Shown here piece by piece: positions 1 to 17,649 of a stretch of 64,000 nucleotides of DNA. Under the pieces are notes generated by a model. That model worked only from the letters and a program-made list of their open reading frames with translations. It searched no databases and had not been told where the DNA came from. This DNA comes from the human T2T-CHM13v2.0 reference genome, Homo sapiens. The translations under genes and the position numbers were made by a program. How positions within the stretch are numbered: position 1 is the first letter of the stretch; every line of letters starts with the position of its first letter. The stretch lies in assembly GCF_009914755.1 (NCBI RefSeq), contig NC_060933.1. One strand, given 5' to 3'.

Positions 1-145
1 TTCTCCTCCTCCCCACGTTGCTAACATGACTTCAGGTCTACTTATCTGTCAGCACTGGAACCCCTGGGGTCCTTGGGGCTGGGAGAATCAGGACCAAGAA
101 GGCAGGACCAAGAGGCCTGGCTGTGCAGATGGTCAACTGGCTGAA

Positions 146-510
146 GGATGGAGACAGAGGTGAAAGCAGGGATGGAGGTGAGGGGAGGGATGGAGGTAAG
201 GGTGGGGGTGGAGGTGGGGGAGGGATGGAGGTGGGGGAGGGATGGAGGTGAGGGGAGGGATGGAGGTAGTGGGGATGGAGGTGAGGGTGGGGATGGAGGT
301 GGGGGAGGGATGGAGGGGAGGGTGGGGATGGAGGGGAGGGTGGGGATGGAGGTGAGGGGGAGGGAGGGAGGTGAGGGGAGGGAGGGAGGGGAGGGGAAGG
401 GAGGGAGGGGAGGGGAAGGGAGGGAGGTGAGGGGAGGGATGGAGGTGAGAGGAGGGATGGAGGTCGGGGAGGGATGGAGGGGAGGGGAGAGATGAGGGGA
501 GAGATGGAGT
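146..510. repeat. G/purine-rich low-complexity tandem repeat (~18-bp unit GGGATGGAGGTGAGGGGA, degenerating to GGGA/GGAA)
   Basis: Repeated GGGATGGAGG(T/G) units seen directly; almost no C on the + strand. Confidence 0.9.
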
Positions 511-2027
511 TACAGGGTGGGGGATTGGGCCACCTCCACCAGGAGAAGGTGTTTCAGAAAGGCGAAGCCGCCCTCCCCAGGATCATCCATGAAAATCCCA
601 ACAGGGGCACTGAAGCCGGCAGTAGTCCTCAGAATGTTCACAGCTTCCTCCAGGATGTGAGAAATGTCGGTGCACTTACCACTCCACCATGTCTACCAGA
701 GAAGAGAGGACCGCGGTCACCTGCTTGTGCTGCTCCCGCGGCGCCTCTCCTGCGGGCTTCGCCTGTAGTGGTAGTGGGAGAGAAATGGGTGGAGAGAAGG
801 TCGTGGTTTGGGGTTTTCAGAGCAGTTTAAAGAAAACAGTCTGTCATCTGAAGCTGAAAAGCCAGTGCGGTAATATCTGATTGTCACTGGGTATTGTCTG
901 GCCTAGGAATGAAAGTGACTGGGCAGAAAAGGCCTTTTTAGCGCCATCTGTCTCCTGGAGTCCTGGTCGCTCACTGTGCTTTACCAAAAAAAAACAATTA
1001 ATTAGTTCATAGGCTGGCGAGGAGTCTCCTCTGGTTTGGGGCCAAGAAGCCACCTGCCCCACTGGGCTCTGTCTTTTTCCTGGAACCCTTCCTGCTTCTT
1101 TGTTCAGCCTCCCACGGGACAGCGAACTTCAGTGGCAGCGCTGGTCTTGCTGACCCACCCTCCCGACTTGGACAGGGCCTGCCTGGCATGGCAGGTGCTG
1201 TGAAGGAAGCCACAGGATGGAAACCCTGATGCTCTGCAGACAGAAACAGCTGCCGGGCTTGGGGACCTGGCTGGATGTCTTCCCCCTGTGCCTCTGTTTC
1301 TCCATCTGTATAGTGGGATGGCTGGCAGGGCCCAGGCCCCTCCTACCATCCATTCCAGGGCTGCTGCTCTCTGAAAATACATCCAAGAACACAGGTACCT
1401 GGACGTGGTATTCCTGGATGGTTCTCAGCACGTGTTCCAGCAGGGCAAGAAGGGCCCAATCCAAGAGACTGCAGCAGCCCTGGAAAGCCAGTGTTTACAG
1501 TGGATAAGGACCACAAAAGAACAAGAAGGAACATCCCTCCAGGTGGGCTGGTCTACCAGGCTTCATGGGGAAGGGTCTCAGAGGTCCTGTTTGAGGCAAC
1601 CTGGGCTGGGGGCAGGGGGAGGTACACCAGGGGAGGGAAAGGAAGAAGCCATGGTGAAGGCTTTTCTGATGGGTTTGGTGACTGGGGATGAGGGGTGGGT
1701 GGCAGGTAGAGGAGCCAGGGTCCCTGGTAGGCAGGACAGGAGGTGCCCAGTCACAACTTTGGGGACCATGGGGCTGGAGGAAAAGGAGGCAAAGAAGCAG
1801 TTGGGGCGGGAAGAAGCAGCTCAGCTAAGGCCCGGAGGGGTGCAGAGGCTCGGGGAGAGCCAGCCCTCTGATGGCAGGCCCTACTGCAACAGGAGCCGTA
1901 TGAGTGCCACTGAGACTGGGAAGGGCAGAGAGTGAAGGATGCCACTGATAGAAGGTCTACTGTCTATGAGGTCCCCATAACCTCGGTGGTGGAGACATGG
2001 CCTCCACTGTGCCTGTAGGGAAACTGA

Positions 2028-2396
<369 letters not shown>

Positions 2397-3041
2397 CAGG
2401 ACTTTTTTTTAATGTCACTTTTATTTGAAGTTCAGGGGTACACGTGCAGGTTTATTGCATAGGTAAACTTGTGTCATGGGGGACTGTTGTAGATTATTTC
2501 ATCATCCAGGTATTAAGCCTAGTACCCCCTCATTATTTTTCTTGATCCTCTCCTTCCTCCCACCCTATACCCTTTGATGGGCCCCAGTGTGTGTGTCTTC
2601 CTCTCTATGCGTCCATGTGTTCTCATCATTCAGGTTCCCCTTATAAGTGAGAACATGCAGTATTTGGTTTTCTGTTCCTGCATTAGTTTGCTAAGGATAA
2701 TGTCTTCCAGCTCCACCCATGTTCCTGCAAAGGACACGGTCTCATTATTTTTTATGGCTGCATAGTATTCCATGGTGTATATGTACCACATTTTCTTTAT
2801 CCAGTCTGTCACTGATGGGCATTTAGGTTGATTCCATGTCTTTGCTATTGTGAATAGTGCTGCAATGAACATACACACATGCATGTGTCTTTATGGTACA
2901 ACAATTTCTATTCCTTCGGGTAGATAACGAGTAACGGGATTGCTGGGTTCAATAGTATTTCCGTCTTTAGGTCTTTGAGGAATCACCACACTGTCTTCCA
3001 CAATGGTTAAACTAATTTACACTCCCACAGATAGTGTATAA

Positions 3042-3378
<337 letters not shown>

Positions 3379-3425
3379 CATTTTCTGATTTTTTAATAAG
3401 AGCCATTCTGACTGGTGTGAAATGA

Positions 3426-3896
<471 letters not shown>

Positions 3897-4629
3897 TAAG
3901 ACATGTATGTATGTATGTATGTCAGCCAACAAACATAAAAACAAGCAATGTCTCCCATTGTTTGTTTTTGTCAGCTCTGTCGAAGATCAGGTAGTTGTAG
4001 GTATGCAGCATGGCTGGGATTTGAACTCAGACCTGGCTGGCTGGGAAGCCCAGGCCAGTCCCAGGAACATCCTTGCCCTGCATCCCTACAACCGGGCTCT
4101 GTCCTGGGTGTCTTTCCCTCTCTCCTTAGAGGCCAAAATGCAGGACCTCCCAGCTCCAAGGGAGCCCCTGGGAAGGAGGGACCCCAACATCTTTCTCCAG
4201 GTGCCCATTCAAGGCTCCACGCCCAAAGGAGACCCCTAGGCCTGCCCCAGCCCCGACGGCAGAAGGCTTGGTGCTACCCCTGGGGCAGGGGGCCTTGAAG
4301 ACTTCCCTGGCGATCAGCTTAGGACACTGCCTGCCACCTCCAGGTGTGGTCCAGGTGCAGGGAGACAGGTGGGGTGACGTCCCCAGTGCCCCCCTGGATG
4401 TGGCAATAAACAACCCACCTCCTTCTCCACTAGTGGGACCACCACCTACCCTGAGCCAGATCCAGACCCCAGGGGCCCCCTTTACCCTTCTTTTCCCACC
4501 CCGCATCCAACCACTCAACAAGTCTGGTCAACTCTCCACGGAAATAAATCCCAACTCTGACCCCACGCTGTCAACCTGCTTCCACTCTGCCCTGTGGTCT
4601 GCGATCCCCACAAGAACCTGAGAAATGGT

Positions 4630-6120
<1,491 letters not shown>

Positions 6121-6779
6121 GGGTTTGTAAAATCCCCCAGCCCTGCCTCGCCTCACTGGAGCACCTGCCCGCGCTGCAGTGGCCGAGTCCCACCGCACTG
6201 ACTCCTTGTTCACCTGCAGCTCTGGGAGGGCACGGCTGAGCCCTCCCTTTTTCTGCATTCCCAAGGCTGGCTCCTAGACGGCTCCAAACCGTTTCCAGGG
6301 TTCGCTTTTGTTTTCTGTTGGCATCTGCTGTCGTCTGACTCTAACTCTCTGCCAGGTGCTGGGCCAATCCCACACTCAGGAGCCTCGACTCAGGTGAACA
6401 TCAGGTGAGCACGCAGCGTTCTGTGGCTGTCATTTCCATATGAGCCATGAAGGAAGAGTCCCAGCCAGGTGGAGAGTGGCGGGAAGGAGAAGGCTTCTCC
6501 CAGACAGGACCTCACAGATACCCAAGCCCACAGTGAAGCCACATTCCTGCAGCCCCAGTCCCCTTCTCTGCTCCTCAGAGAGACCCAGGTGCCTTCTCTG
6601 CAGGCACTCCACACTGTCACACACTGCTGGAGAAGGCCTGTGGAGACCTTGGCCGACCCCACGTGTTCCAGATTGGAGAAACTGAGGGCCAGGGTGCAGA
6701 AAGGTCTTGCCCAGGGCCTACAGCAAGTGCAGCTAGAGTGAACAACCGCATCCCCCCGGCTCCAGCCCAGGGACTTCAC

Positions 6780-7060
6780 TTATTTACTTATTTATTTTTC
6801 AAATAACAGCTTTATTGAGATATGTTTCACACACCATACAATTCACCCATTTAAAGTGTACAATTCAATAACTTATATATTCACCAAGTTGCACAACTAC
6901 CACCACAGTCCATTTTAAGACAATTTCATCACCACAAAGAAGAATCTTTTAACCATCACCTCCCCAGGCCCCTCACCTTCCCATTCCCAGCCTCCGGCAG
7001 CCAATAATATCCTCTCTGTCTCTACAGAGTTCCCTCTTCTGGACATTTCACAGAGACGAT
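6780..7060 (-). mobile_element. L1M 3' terminal fragment
   Basis: AACAGCTTTATTGAGATA...CAATTCACCCATTTAAAGTGTACAATTCA is the typical reverse-complement L1MB/MC 3' end; AATAAA on the minus strand at 6811-6816. Confidence 0.75.
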
Positions 7061-7103
7061 TGGCTTCTTTTGCTTATTTTCATTTGGTTTTTAAAAGAGG
7101 GCT

Positions 7104-7147
7104 AAAACTTAAAGTATAATAATAATAAAATAAAAAACGAACAAAAA
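7104..7147 (+). mobile_element. Extremely 5'-truncated L1PA insertion (terminal ~20 nt plus A-rich tail)
   Basis: (CT)AAAACTTAAAGTATAATAATAAT plus A-tail, flanked by TSD AAAAGAGGGCT (7093-7103 / 7148-7158) after a TT|AAAA site. Confidence 0.8.
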
Positions 7148-8092
7148 AAAAGAGGGCTCCGGCTCTGCCATGGTCCCTCTGGGGTCTCCTGGGTGGAGGT
7201 GGAGAAGGTCCCCTCTGAGTTGCACATCCCCTTCCAGGGGCCCCACCCAGAGCACCAGGTCTTAATTTCAGTTTAGGGCAGAGGGGAGCTGGCGCCTCTG
7301 GGATGTCTCCTCCAATGACTCATAACTATTGCTCATCAGCTCCACCTTGGAAGTCCCTGCAGGGGACAGGATGGCTTAAAGAAATGGGAGGTTAGTCCAG
7401 CCTGGTTCCACAGGACAGAATGGTCATGACTTAGGAACTTTGTAATGACACTGAGGACATCTGCAATTCTGGTGAAAATGGTGCAGGTTTTGCCTGAGGA
7501 GTCAGCTGATCAGACACAGGGCACCACGTGCCAATGCACAGCTGCTGCTGGGTCCCAGGGAGCTCAGGGCTCAGGCGGGATCAGCCTGATTGCTTGCGAT
7601 CTAAAGTAAGGAAATTTCACCCTCTTAGATGTCAGAACTTTTTGACTTTTTCTTCTTTACTTTTACTACTTTTAAAGAAAACCCAATTATTTCCCAACTT
7701 AGTCAACATGTAAATATGTCCCAATTTTGTGAACTGTAAGTCACAATTTTGTGGCTAGTGGCCATGACTCTGAATGTGAAGGGCACTGTGGTTGTGGGCA
7801 CGGGCTTGGAGTGAGCACACCTGTTCACTTTGACTTTATGTCCTTTTTAAGAGAAGGGGGCTTCCCAGATGGTTTGTGATGACATTTCCAATATTTAAGA
7901 CTCCTCTTGAGTCCACCAGCCTGCCCCAGACTTTGACTCTGGTGGGCACTCCCAGCTGGCTTCCTTTTGCAGACTTTTCCACTGGCTGCGAGTATGGGAT
8001 GGGAGGGGCAGGTGCACACACTGGACTCCAGGTATGCAGCCAAATTATCTATCAGGTCTCAGTGTAGAATAGAAACATTTTGGGCATGAGAC

Positions 8093-8603
8093 TGTAGTCA
8101 AATATCTCAGCCTTGAGAAGAATTTTAAAGTTTTTCTTCCTTTCCCTCCTAGTCTCAGAATGCAGCCTTGAAACATACTTTAAACCTGTTTCCCTCCCTT
8201 TCCCACCAGCCACAGTGCTCACTTATCTCATTCTGTGCCTGCTTAGAAATGCCAGGGGCTCATTTTTAAATAAACCAGGCATAGAACCCAGCTGTGGAAT
8301 CCTCCTGTCTAGGGGAGTTATGAACAATGAGTCCACCACCACCAGACCAAGGTCAAGATGATGCCAACTAGACCTCCGGATGGGCAATTACTCAAGACAC
8401 CTGCACCACTGCCCTACTCCCACATGTCTCCCACACCGAGTTCTCCTTCCTAAAGCCCTTCACGCAGTCCAAAAAGCTGAGATGGTTCCTTAGAGCCTTG
8501 AGCCTGGCCACTCTCCCACCTGCTAGCATCTGAATAAAAGTTGCTTTCCTTTCACCACACCTCGCTTCTCCTGCGGCAAGCAGCCAAACTTGAGTCAGTT
8601 ACA
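8093..8603 (+). mobile_element. ERV1-class solo LTR (MER39/MER34-like)
   Basis: TG...CA termini (TGTAG...GTTACA), 4-bp TSD AGAC on both sides, AATAAA at 8533-8538; family assignment from memory. Confidence 0.75.
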
Positions 8604-8664
8604 AGACATCTCTACCTCCCCTGATCCCACAGCTACAGGAGGACGCGCACCAGAAGGGAAATGT

Positions 8665-8944
8665 GGCCGGCCACAGTAGCTCACGCCTGTAATCCCAGCA
8701 CTTTGGGAGGCCGGGGCGGGCAGATCACTTGAGGTCAGGAGTTCGAGACCAGCCTGGCCAACATGGTGAAACCTCATCTCAACTAAAAATACAAAAATTA
8801 GCCGGGCGTGGTGGTGCACACCTGTAATCTTAGCTACTCAGGAAGCTAAGGCACAAGAATCTCTTGAACCCAGGAGGTGGAAGATGCAATCAGCCAAGAT
8901 CGTGCCACTAGTGAGCCTCTGTCTAAAAAAAAAAAGAAAGAAAA
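8665..8944 (+). mobile_element. Alu (AluSx-like)
   Basis: GGCCGG start, dimer structure, A tail. Confidence 0.92.
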
Positions 8945-10311
8945 TGTTAACCAAGAAATGGGAAGGCAGTGGGGGTGGGAAACTGGGGAACCCACTCGGG
9001 GGGAACAAGGGGGCCCTGTGGGGGCAGTAGGCTCCTCTCTGACATCTCTTCACTCCCTCTGCACCCCACAGGCCCCTGCGGCCTGTGGGCCTCACCCCAC
9101 ACGTTTCCAGCTCCAGGCTGGTTTAGCTGGTTTATCTCTCTTTCTCCTTCTCTGTGCTTCCATTTGGATCATTTCTCTCAGTCAATCTCAGCATTGGTCC
9201 CTGAGTCTTTCCTCAGCTGTATCCAGGGGCTTTTATGCGAAGTGCACTCCAGCGAATCTGCGATTCCGATGCGGCCTGTCCATCCTTTCCCGAGGGCTCC
9301 ATTGCCGGGTCAAAGCCTCCATCTTCTCATTCGTTTTATCCACCTTTTCCACTACCCTTGGTGCTTTGCCCAAAGCAAACAGTAAACAGGTCACTGCAGC
9401 AACCACCGTCTGGCCGGGGGAAGGTCCCTGGGGTGGAAGCCTCAGCCATGACATCAGACAGCCCAGCCAGCAAGTGACCCAGACCAGCAGGAGCACGGGG
9501 TGACGGGCTCTAGAATGAGAGTCGGCCGTGGCGCCAAGGCCACGGTGGTGGTGGTGGGAACTGGCATGTGTGCCACCAGCCCTCCCAGAAATTGTCACTT
9601 GAAGAATCAGTGACAGGACGGGATGGACTCCACGCAGGGCAGGAGGGAATGAGAGATGCTGCCGTACCCCAGAGGTCACCTCAGACGGTTTCGTCTCTAC
9701 CCCTGGCTTCCCGTGTCCCGCGGGAGGACATTCACCTGCTGCCGGAGCTGCCGGACCTGGCAGGGGCTCACGGCCCAGGGGCGGACATCAGCTACTGAGG
9801 AATGGGAGTCGATGGGCGATCCCGGCTCCCTCAGCCCTCAGAGGGAAGTTCCGAGGCACGTTCCCCACGGCCCCCAGGAGCCTGAGCCCAGCTGCCCATG
9901 GCCGTCACCCTTCCACTGGCTTTCCTCCCCGGATGTCTCACACCCTTCCCTCACTGGGCCTCCTGGGGTCCCTGGTCCCCAGGTCCTCATCTCAGGGCCT
10001 AGGGGGGTCCCAGCAGTAAGTGCTAAATAACCCACTGCAGGAAATATGACTGCTTCTCTCTGGGAGAAAGGAGATGGAGGCAGGTCTCCTGCAAACTGTG
10101 GGTGCAACGTTGCCTTTAGAAGGTCAAATCCGTGCAAAGCGCCTGCAGTGGGGAAAGCAGTGGATGCACCCACCCCCCGGGGAGGCAGAAGAGGGAGAAT
10201 GTGAGGGATGAGCTCTTGAAGGTAGGTGGGTGGGCTATGGGGGTTTCCGGCTCCATTCAAACCATACTAGGAAACCATCAGAGACTTTTTTTTTTTTTTT
10301 TAGCTTAATGA

Positions 10312-10918
<607 letters not shown>

Positions 10919-11402
10919 AAGCTTCATGGACTTTGATAGGGCAGACACTTTTTGTCACCACCACGCAAGCCAAGAGCTTTGCCAGCCACTCCAGGCCCCC
11001 TCCACAGCACCCTCATGGCCACAGCCCTCTCCCAGCCCCCAAAGTCATCACCGTCCTGACAGGATCTTCTCTCCCTTGTGCTTCTCTACACTTTCATTTA
11101 GGTCAAATTATTTAATATCTCTATCTTTAAACATGACAGTTTAGTCTGAGCCACTTTTTTATCTGATGTGTCTTTTAAATCTCTTTCCCCTACAGCTTCC
11201 ACGCCATCCCTTTCTTTTCCTTACAGTCGATCTGGTGAATACCTGGGGCTGTCCTCTGCCAAGTTCCCCACAGTGAGAGTGGTTGCTGGCTGCCCCTCAC
11301 AGATCAACACCTCCTCCCTTGTCCAGTGGGTTTCCTGCAAGGAGGCAGCTGGAGCCAGGGGCTGGGGCCAGGGGCCCGATCACACCCAGGCCCTGCATCT
11401 CT

Positions 11403-11706
11403 CTTTTTTTTTTGTTTTTTTGAGACGGAGTCTCGCTCTGTCGCCCAGGCTGGAGTGCAGTGGCGTGGTCTCGGCTCACTGCAACCTCTGCCTCCCGGGT
11501 TCATGCCATTCTCCTGCCTCAGCAGCCTCCCTTAGTAGCTGGAACTACAGGCACCCACCACCACCCCTGGCTAATTTTTTTTATTTTTAGTAGAGATGGG
11601 GTTTCACCGTGTTAGCCAGGATGGTCTCGATCTCATGACCTCATGATCTGCCCGCCTCGGCCTCCCAAAGTGCTGGGATTACAGGCGTGAGCAACCGCGC
11701 CTGGCC
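11403..11706 (-). mobile_element. Alu (AluY-like)
   Basis: GGGTTCATGCCATTCTCC and CACCGTGTTAGCCAGGATGG are Y-type positions. Confidence 0.9.
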
Positions 11707-11837
11707 ATCCCCTGCAGCTCTTTATCAAGGGCACAGAAGCTGGATGCTCCCCCTTTTCGAGGGGTCAGTGGCTGCATTACCTACACTCATTCATTCACCA
11801 GGGGTTGCCAAATGGTGATATTCTAATTCTACCATTC

Positions 11838-12075
11838 TTTTTTTTTTTTTTAATTTTTTTTGAGACACAGTCTTACTCTGTCTCAGCTCACTGCAACCTC
11901 CACCTCCCAGGTTCAAGCAATTCTCCTGCCTCAGCCTCCGGAGTAGCTGGGATTACAGGTATGTGCCACCACGCCTGGCTAATTTTTGTACTTTTAGTAC
12001 AGATGGGGCTTCACCATATTGGTCAGGCTGGTCTCAAACTCCTGACCTTATGATCTGCCCGCCTTGGCCTCCCAA
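11838..12075 (-). mobile_element. Alu, partial with internal deletion
   Basis: Poly-T plus Alu arms lacking the CCCAGGCTGGAGTGCAG segment and the 5' end. Confidence 0.85.
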
Positions 12076-12673
12076 TCTTCTTTCATTTATTAGTTGGATT
12101 GCTTAAAAAAAAAAAAGACTCCCCGATATGGGCAGGAGCAATGCTGAATTTTTACTTACCTGTCTCTAGATAATGAATTGATTGTTAGCCTCCAAAGATG
12201 ATCAATTTGTTTTTGTTTTTGTTTTTGTTTCAGATTACGGTGAACTCATGGACTTAAACTTCTTTATGGGTTTTGAGCCACTGCAATTATCCTCACCAAA
12301 TCTCAAGCTGTCCCACCTCTGGCACGTGGGGCCTCTTCAAGTTTTCCTCATTCATATTTGTTTGTCTGTTTGTTGTTTTTGGGTGGCCAGCAGGAGAGCA
12401 TCCACAGTCTGTCTCTCCAGCCAAGGAGGAAGGTGACAAGACCTCCATCAAGGTGAGATCCAGGTCGGCAGCCTCTGGTTCCCCTGCCGTTAGGCTGGAA
12501 AGTGAACCCTCTGAGCCGGCCCCTGGGGTGGGGGCACCAACTCCAGAATACACTTTAAGCCTGTCCCCGCAAATCAAGGTCTCAGGTTCCGTGTTATGCT
12601 GTCCGTCTGAGGTCTTCAATTAAGTCTCGACCCCAGTGGGTAAGAAAACTAAAAGGTATTGTCAGGGTAGAGA

Positions 12674-13385
12674 TGAAACCGCCGTTGCAAAATTATGAGC
12701 CAGTGAAAGAGATGAACCAACTCCACTTGCTTCTAAGCTCCAAGCTGTCCTTGTGCATTCCTGGGTGTAGGCTGAACTCCCCTTGGGAGGAATTTAGTTT
12801 ATATTAATAGTTTATAGTTTGATACAAAGAGAATAACAGCCCTTTCCCAAAACAAAACCCCTTCTTGCCTGGGGACTAGACTGCCTTTGTAGGACTAACA
12901 AATTAGCCACAAGATTAGAAATTACGGTTAGGTGTCATGTCGCTGGAGGCTGCAAGATTCTGACTCTCCCCAAACTGCTCCCGGAGATAAAATCACGATT
13001 GTAAAACCTAAGACCAGTGCTTGAACTATTTTGCAGATCCTGCACTTGATGGATCAGCCGGCACCACCCAGATCGATAAACTGGCTCATCTGATCTTGTG
13101 GGCCCCACCCAGGAACTGACTCAGCGCAAGAAGACAGCTATGACTCCCTATTTCATTTCCGACCAGTCAGCACTCCCGGCTCACTGGCTTCCCCCCACCC
13201 ACCACGCTGTCCTTAAAAACTCTCATCCCCCAGTGCTCGGGGAGACTGATTTGAGTAACGATAAAACTCCGGTCTCCTGCACAGCCGGCTCTGCATGAAT
13301 TATTCTTTCTCCACTGCAATTCCTCTGTCTTGATAAAATGGCGCTATCTACACAGCAGGCAAGGTGAACTCTTTGGGCGGTTACA
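12674..13385 (+). mobile_element. LTR8-type ERV1 solo LTR
   Basis: Begins TGAAACCGCCGTTGCAAAATTATGA and ends GGGCGGTTACA, matching my recollection of LTR8; 4-bp TSD GAGA at 12670-12673 and 13386-13389. Confidence 0.85.
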
Positions 13386-13630
13386 GAGATTGTAATGTAT
13401 CCATCACATTTTTACAAGTTTTACTAAGACAGGATAAGAATCTCAGGTTTGGAGCAGGACATTTTGAATGGAGCTTTCTCTGCCATCTGCCCGGCCATAT
13501 GACCCAGGGTCTCTGGACTCCCAGGGACACAGGCAGCCCAAAGGCAGTTCTGTCTTATCTCAAGCCTAGGAAGATAAGATAATGTGCTGGGATAATCCCT
13601 GAGAAGTTTCCTTCTCCTCCAGCTTAAAGA

Positions 13631-14691
<1,061 letters not shown>

Positions 14692-14987
14692 AAGCACGGG
14701 CTCGTCTTCCTGTGTCCATCCCGGGGTTTCGGGGCAGCAGAGCTCCGTCTCCACAAGTGTTCAGGATCTATTCAGATGGTTCAGCCTCAGGGCCAGGCTG
14801 GGTCCTCTGCACCCCAAGCTGTGTCCTCTGTCTATGGCAATGACCCAGATAGGGCCGGTTCTCAGATGGCTCTGAAGAAATGTTTAGGGGTGTCTGGGGA
14901 CTGTGCAATACCTTTCTCCACACTCAGATTACAGAGTTCTCCCTTGACCGTGGACCACTTCCTGGACACGGCTGCACACAGCTGTCA

Positions 14988-15358
<371 letters not shown>

Positions 15359-15403
15359 TCACAAAGCAGCCCCCTCCTTTTTCAATTAAAAATATTCTGT
15401 GCT

Positions 15404-15695
15404 GGCCGGGTGCGATGGGTCACGCCTGCAATCCCAAGACTTTGGGAGGCTGAGGCGAGCTGATCATGAGGTCAGGAGTTCAAGACCAGCTTGGCCAACA
15501 TGGTGAAACCCCGCCTCTACTAAAAATACAAAAATTACCCTGGCGTGGTGGCCAGCACCTGTAATCCCAGCTACTCAGGAGGCTGATGTAGGAGAATCAC
15601 TTGAATCCTGGAGGCAGAGGTTGCAGTGAGCCAAGATCACACCACTGCACCCCAGCCTGGGGACAGAGCCAGACTCCGTCTCAAAAAAAAAAAAA
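15404..15695 (+). mobile_element. Alu (AluSg-type left arm)
   Basis: Dimer plus A tail; TSD ATTCTGTGCT. Confidence 0.92.
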
Positions 15696-17109
15696 TTCTG
15701 TGCTGGTTTCCTTTTCTTCCTCCACGCCAGAGCCCGGAGGCTGTGGTCTACAGCTGCCGGCCATGCCCCTGCCTCCATGGAGACCTGGGATTGTGTCAGA
15801 TGTCCTGCTCCAGCCTTTAAGAGCAGGAGTGGCTTTGTCACCAAGGGTATGCACGGCTTTTCCATCCCCTTTCATCCTGGGTGACACAGGCTGCAGATAA
15901 TAATCACAGCCTGGGATTCGAGGGAGCCTGACTAGTCGCCGCCTCTCTCCCCCGACTCGGATGATCTGCTTCTGAGCCTGTCTTCTGTTGTGAAACTTAC
16001 TCCCGAATGCCTTCACCTGATGCCGAGCAAAACGTCACAGTCTCTACCATGTTGCTATGCGGTAGCTGTAAGTAGACAGCACAGAGCACAACAATAGGTC
16101 ACTTCTGCCCAACTGTTAACCAGGCAGCTGGTCACCCAGCTCAGTTACCTGCATAAAAGCCTCGGCGATCCCCGTGGCCACATTGGAAGTTCTCCTGTGG
16201 CTTCCACACTAAGAACTACATCTAGGGTTTACATCTTTTTTACTGGCCAACCTCCTTTTGCCTTTCAGGAGTGTGACTGAGCAACCTCTTTGGTTGTAAC
16301 CAGAGACGCTGGTTTCAGAACGCAGGTGGAAAGGTCGGAAAGGTCAGCAGCTGCTGCCACGGAAACAAGAAGGGGTCTCCGGGCAACGGGCTTGGTCTGG
16401 AAGTGCTTTCACCTCTGTCCCCCAGCTCTCCCCTCTGGGCAATGGGCTTGGAATGGGAGTGCTTTACCTCCACACCCACAGCTGTCTCCATGCATGCACC
16501 CCCTCCGCAGGGGCCTGGCGGGGCAGCTCACCTGTGCTTTGCTCCCATCCTGGGCACTGAGGTGAGTCAGATGTGGGGGCAACCACACAGTAGCACCCCG
16601 CTCATCGGTTCCACTTGGGGCAGTGAAACAAAACACTGCTGATAAAAAACTTAAAAAGGAAAAGAGAAAAATTAAAAGCCCAGATTCCCAGGGAAACGCT
16701 GCATCTGAACTTCTGATTCAAGGGAGGAAAAAAACCCAAAGCAGCTGCCCTCGTCAGGCTGTGCCCACCCCCAATTTGTGCTCACCCTCGGTTCCTGGCC
16801 ATCTCTGCAAGGGAGACCCTTGGAAATGGGGACTCCCTCCTCACTGGAGCCACCATCACAGATGGGACCTTCTGAAGGCCATAGGTGGCAAAGGGAGCCC
16901 ATCCTAAGGTCCAACTTTGTGTGTGGCCACAGATAGACCCCAGGCCATCTCCCTTCCCTTTCTAACATGAGCTCGGGGTGTCATGATCCGTCAAAGCGGA
17001 CCTTACCATCTCCCTTCATGACCACCAGGCTGAGAGAAAAGTGGGCAGGTGTTTCTCCCCGGGAAATACTGCTGCACTGTGGCAGGAGTGGTTTTGAAGG
17101 CTGCCTTAG

Positions 17110-17649
<540 letters not shown>

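Noticed and set aside
148-495. 115-aa G/E/R/M-rich ORF
   Set aside because: Translation of the purine-rich tandem repeat; no stop codons arise from its composition.
1385-1420. GTWTWY resembling the lipocalin GxWY motif
   Set aside because: Only a few codons match; no lipocalin exon structure or other motifs nearby; likely chance.
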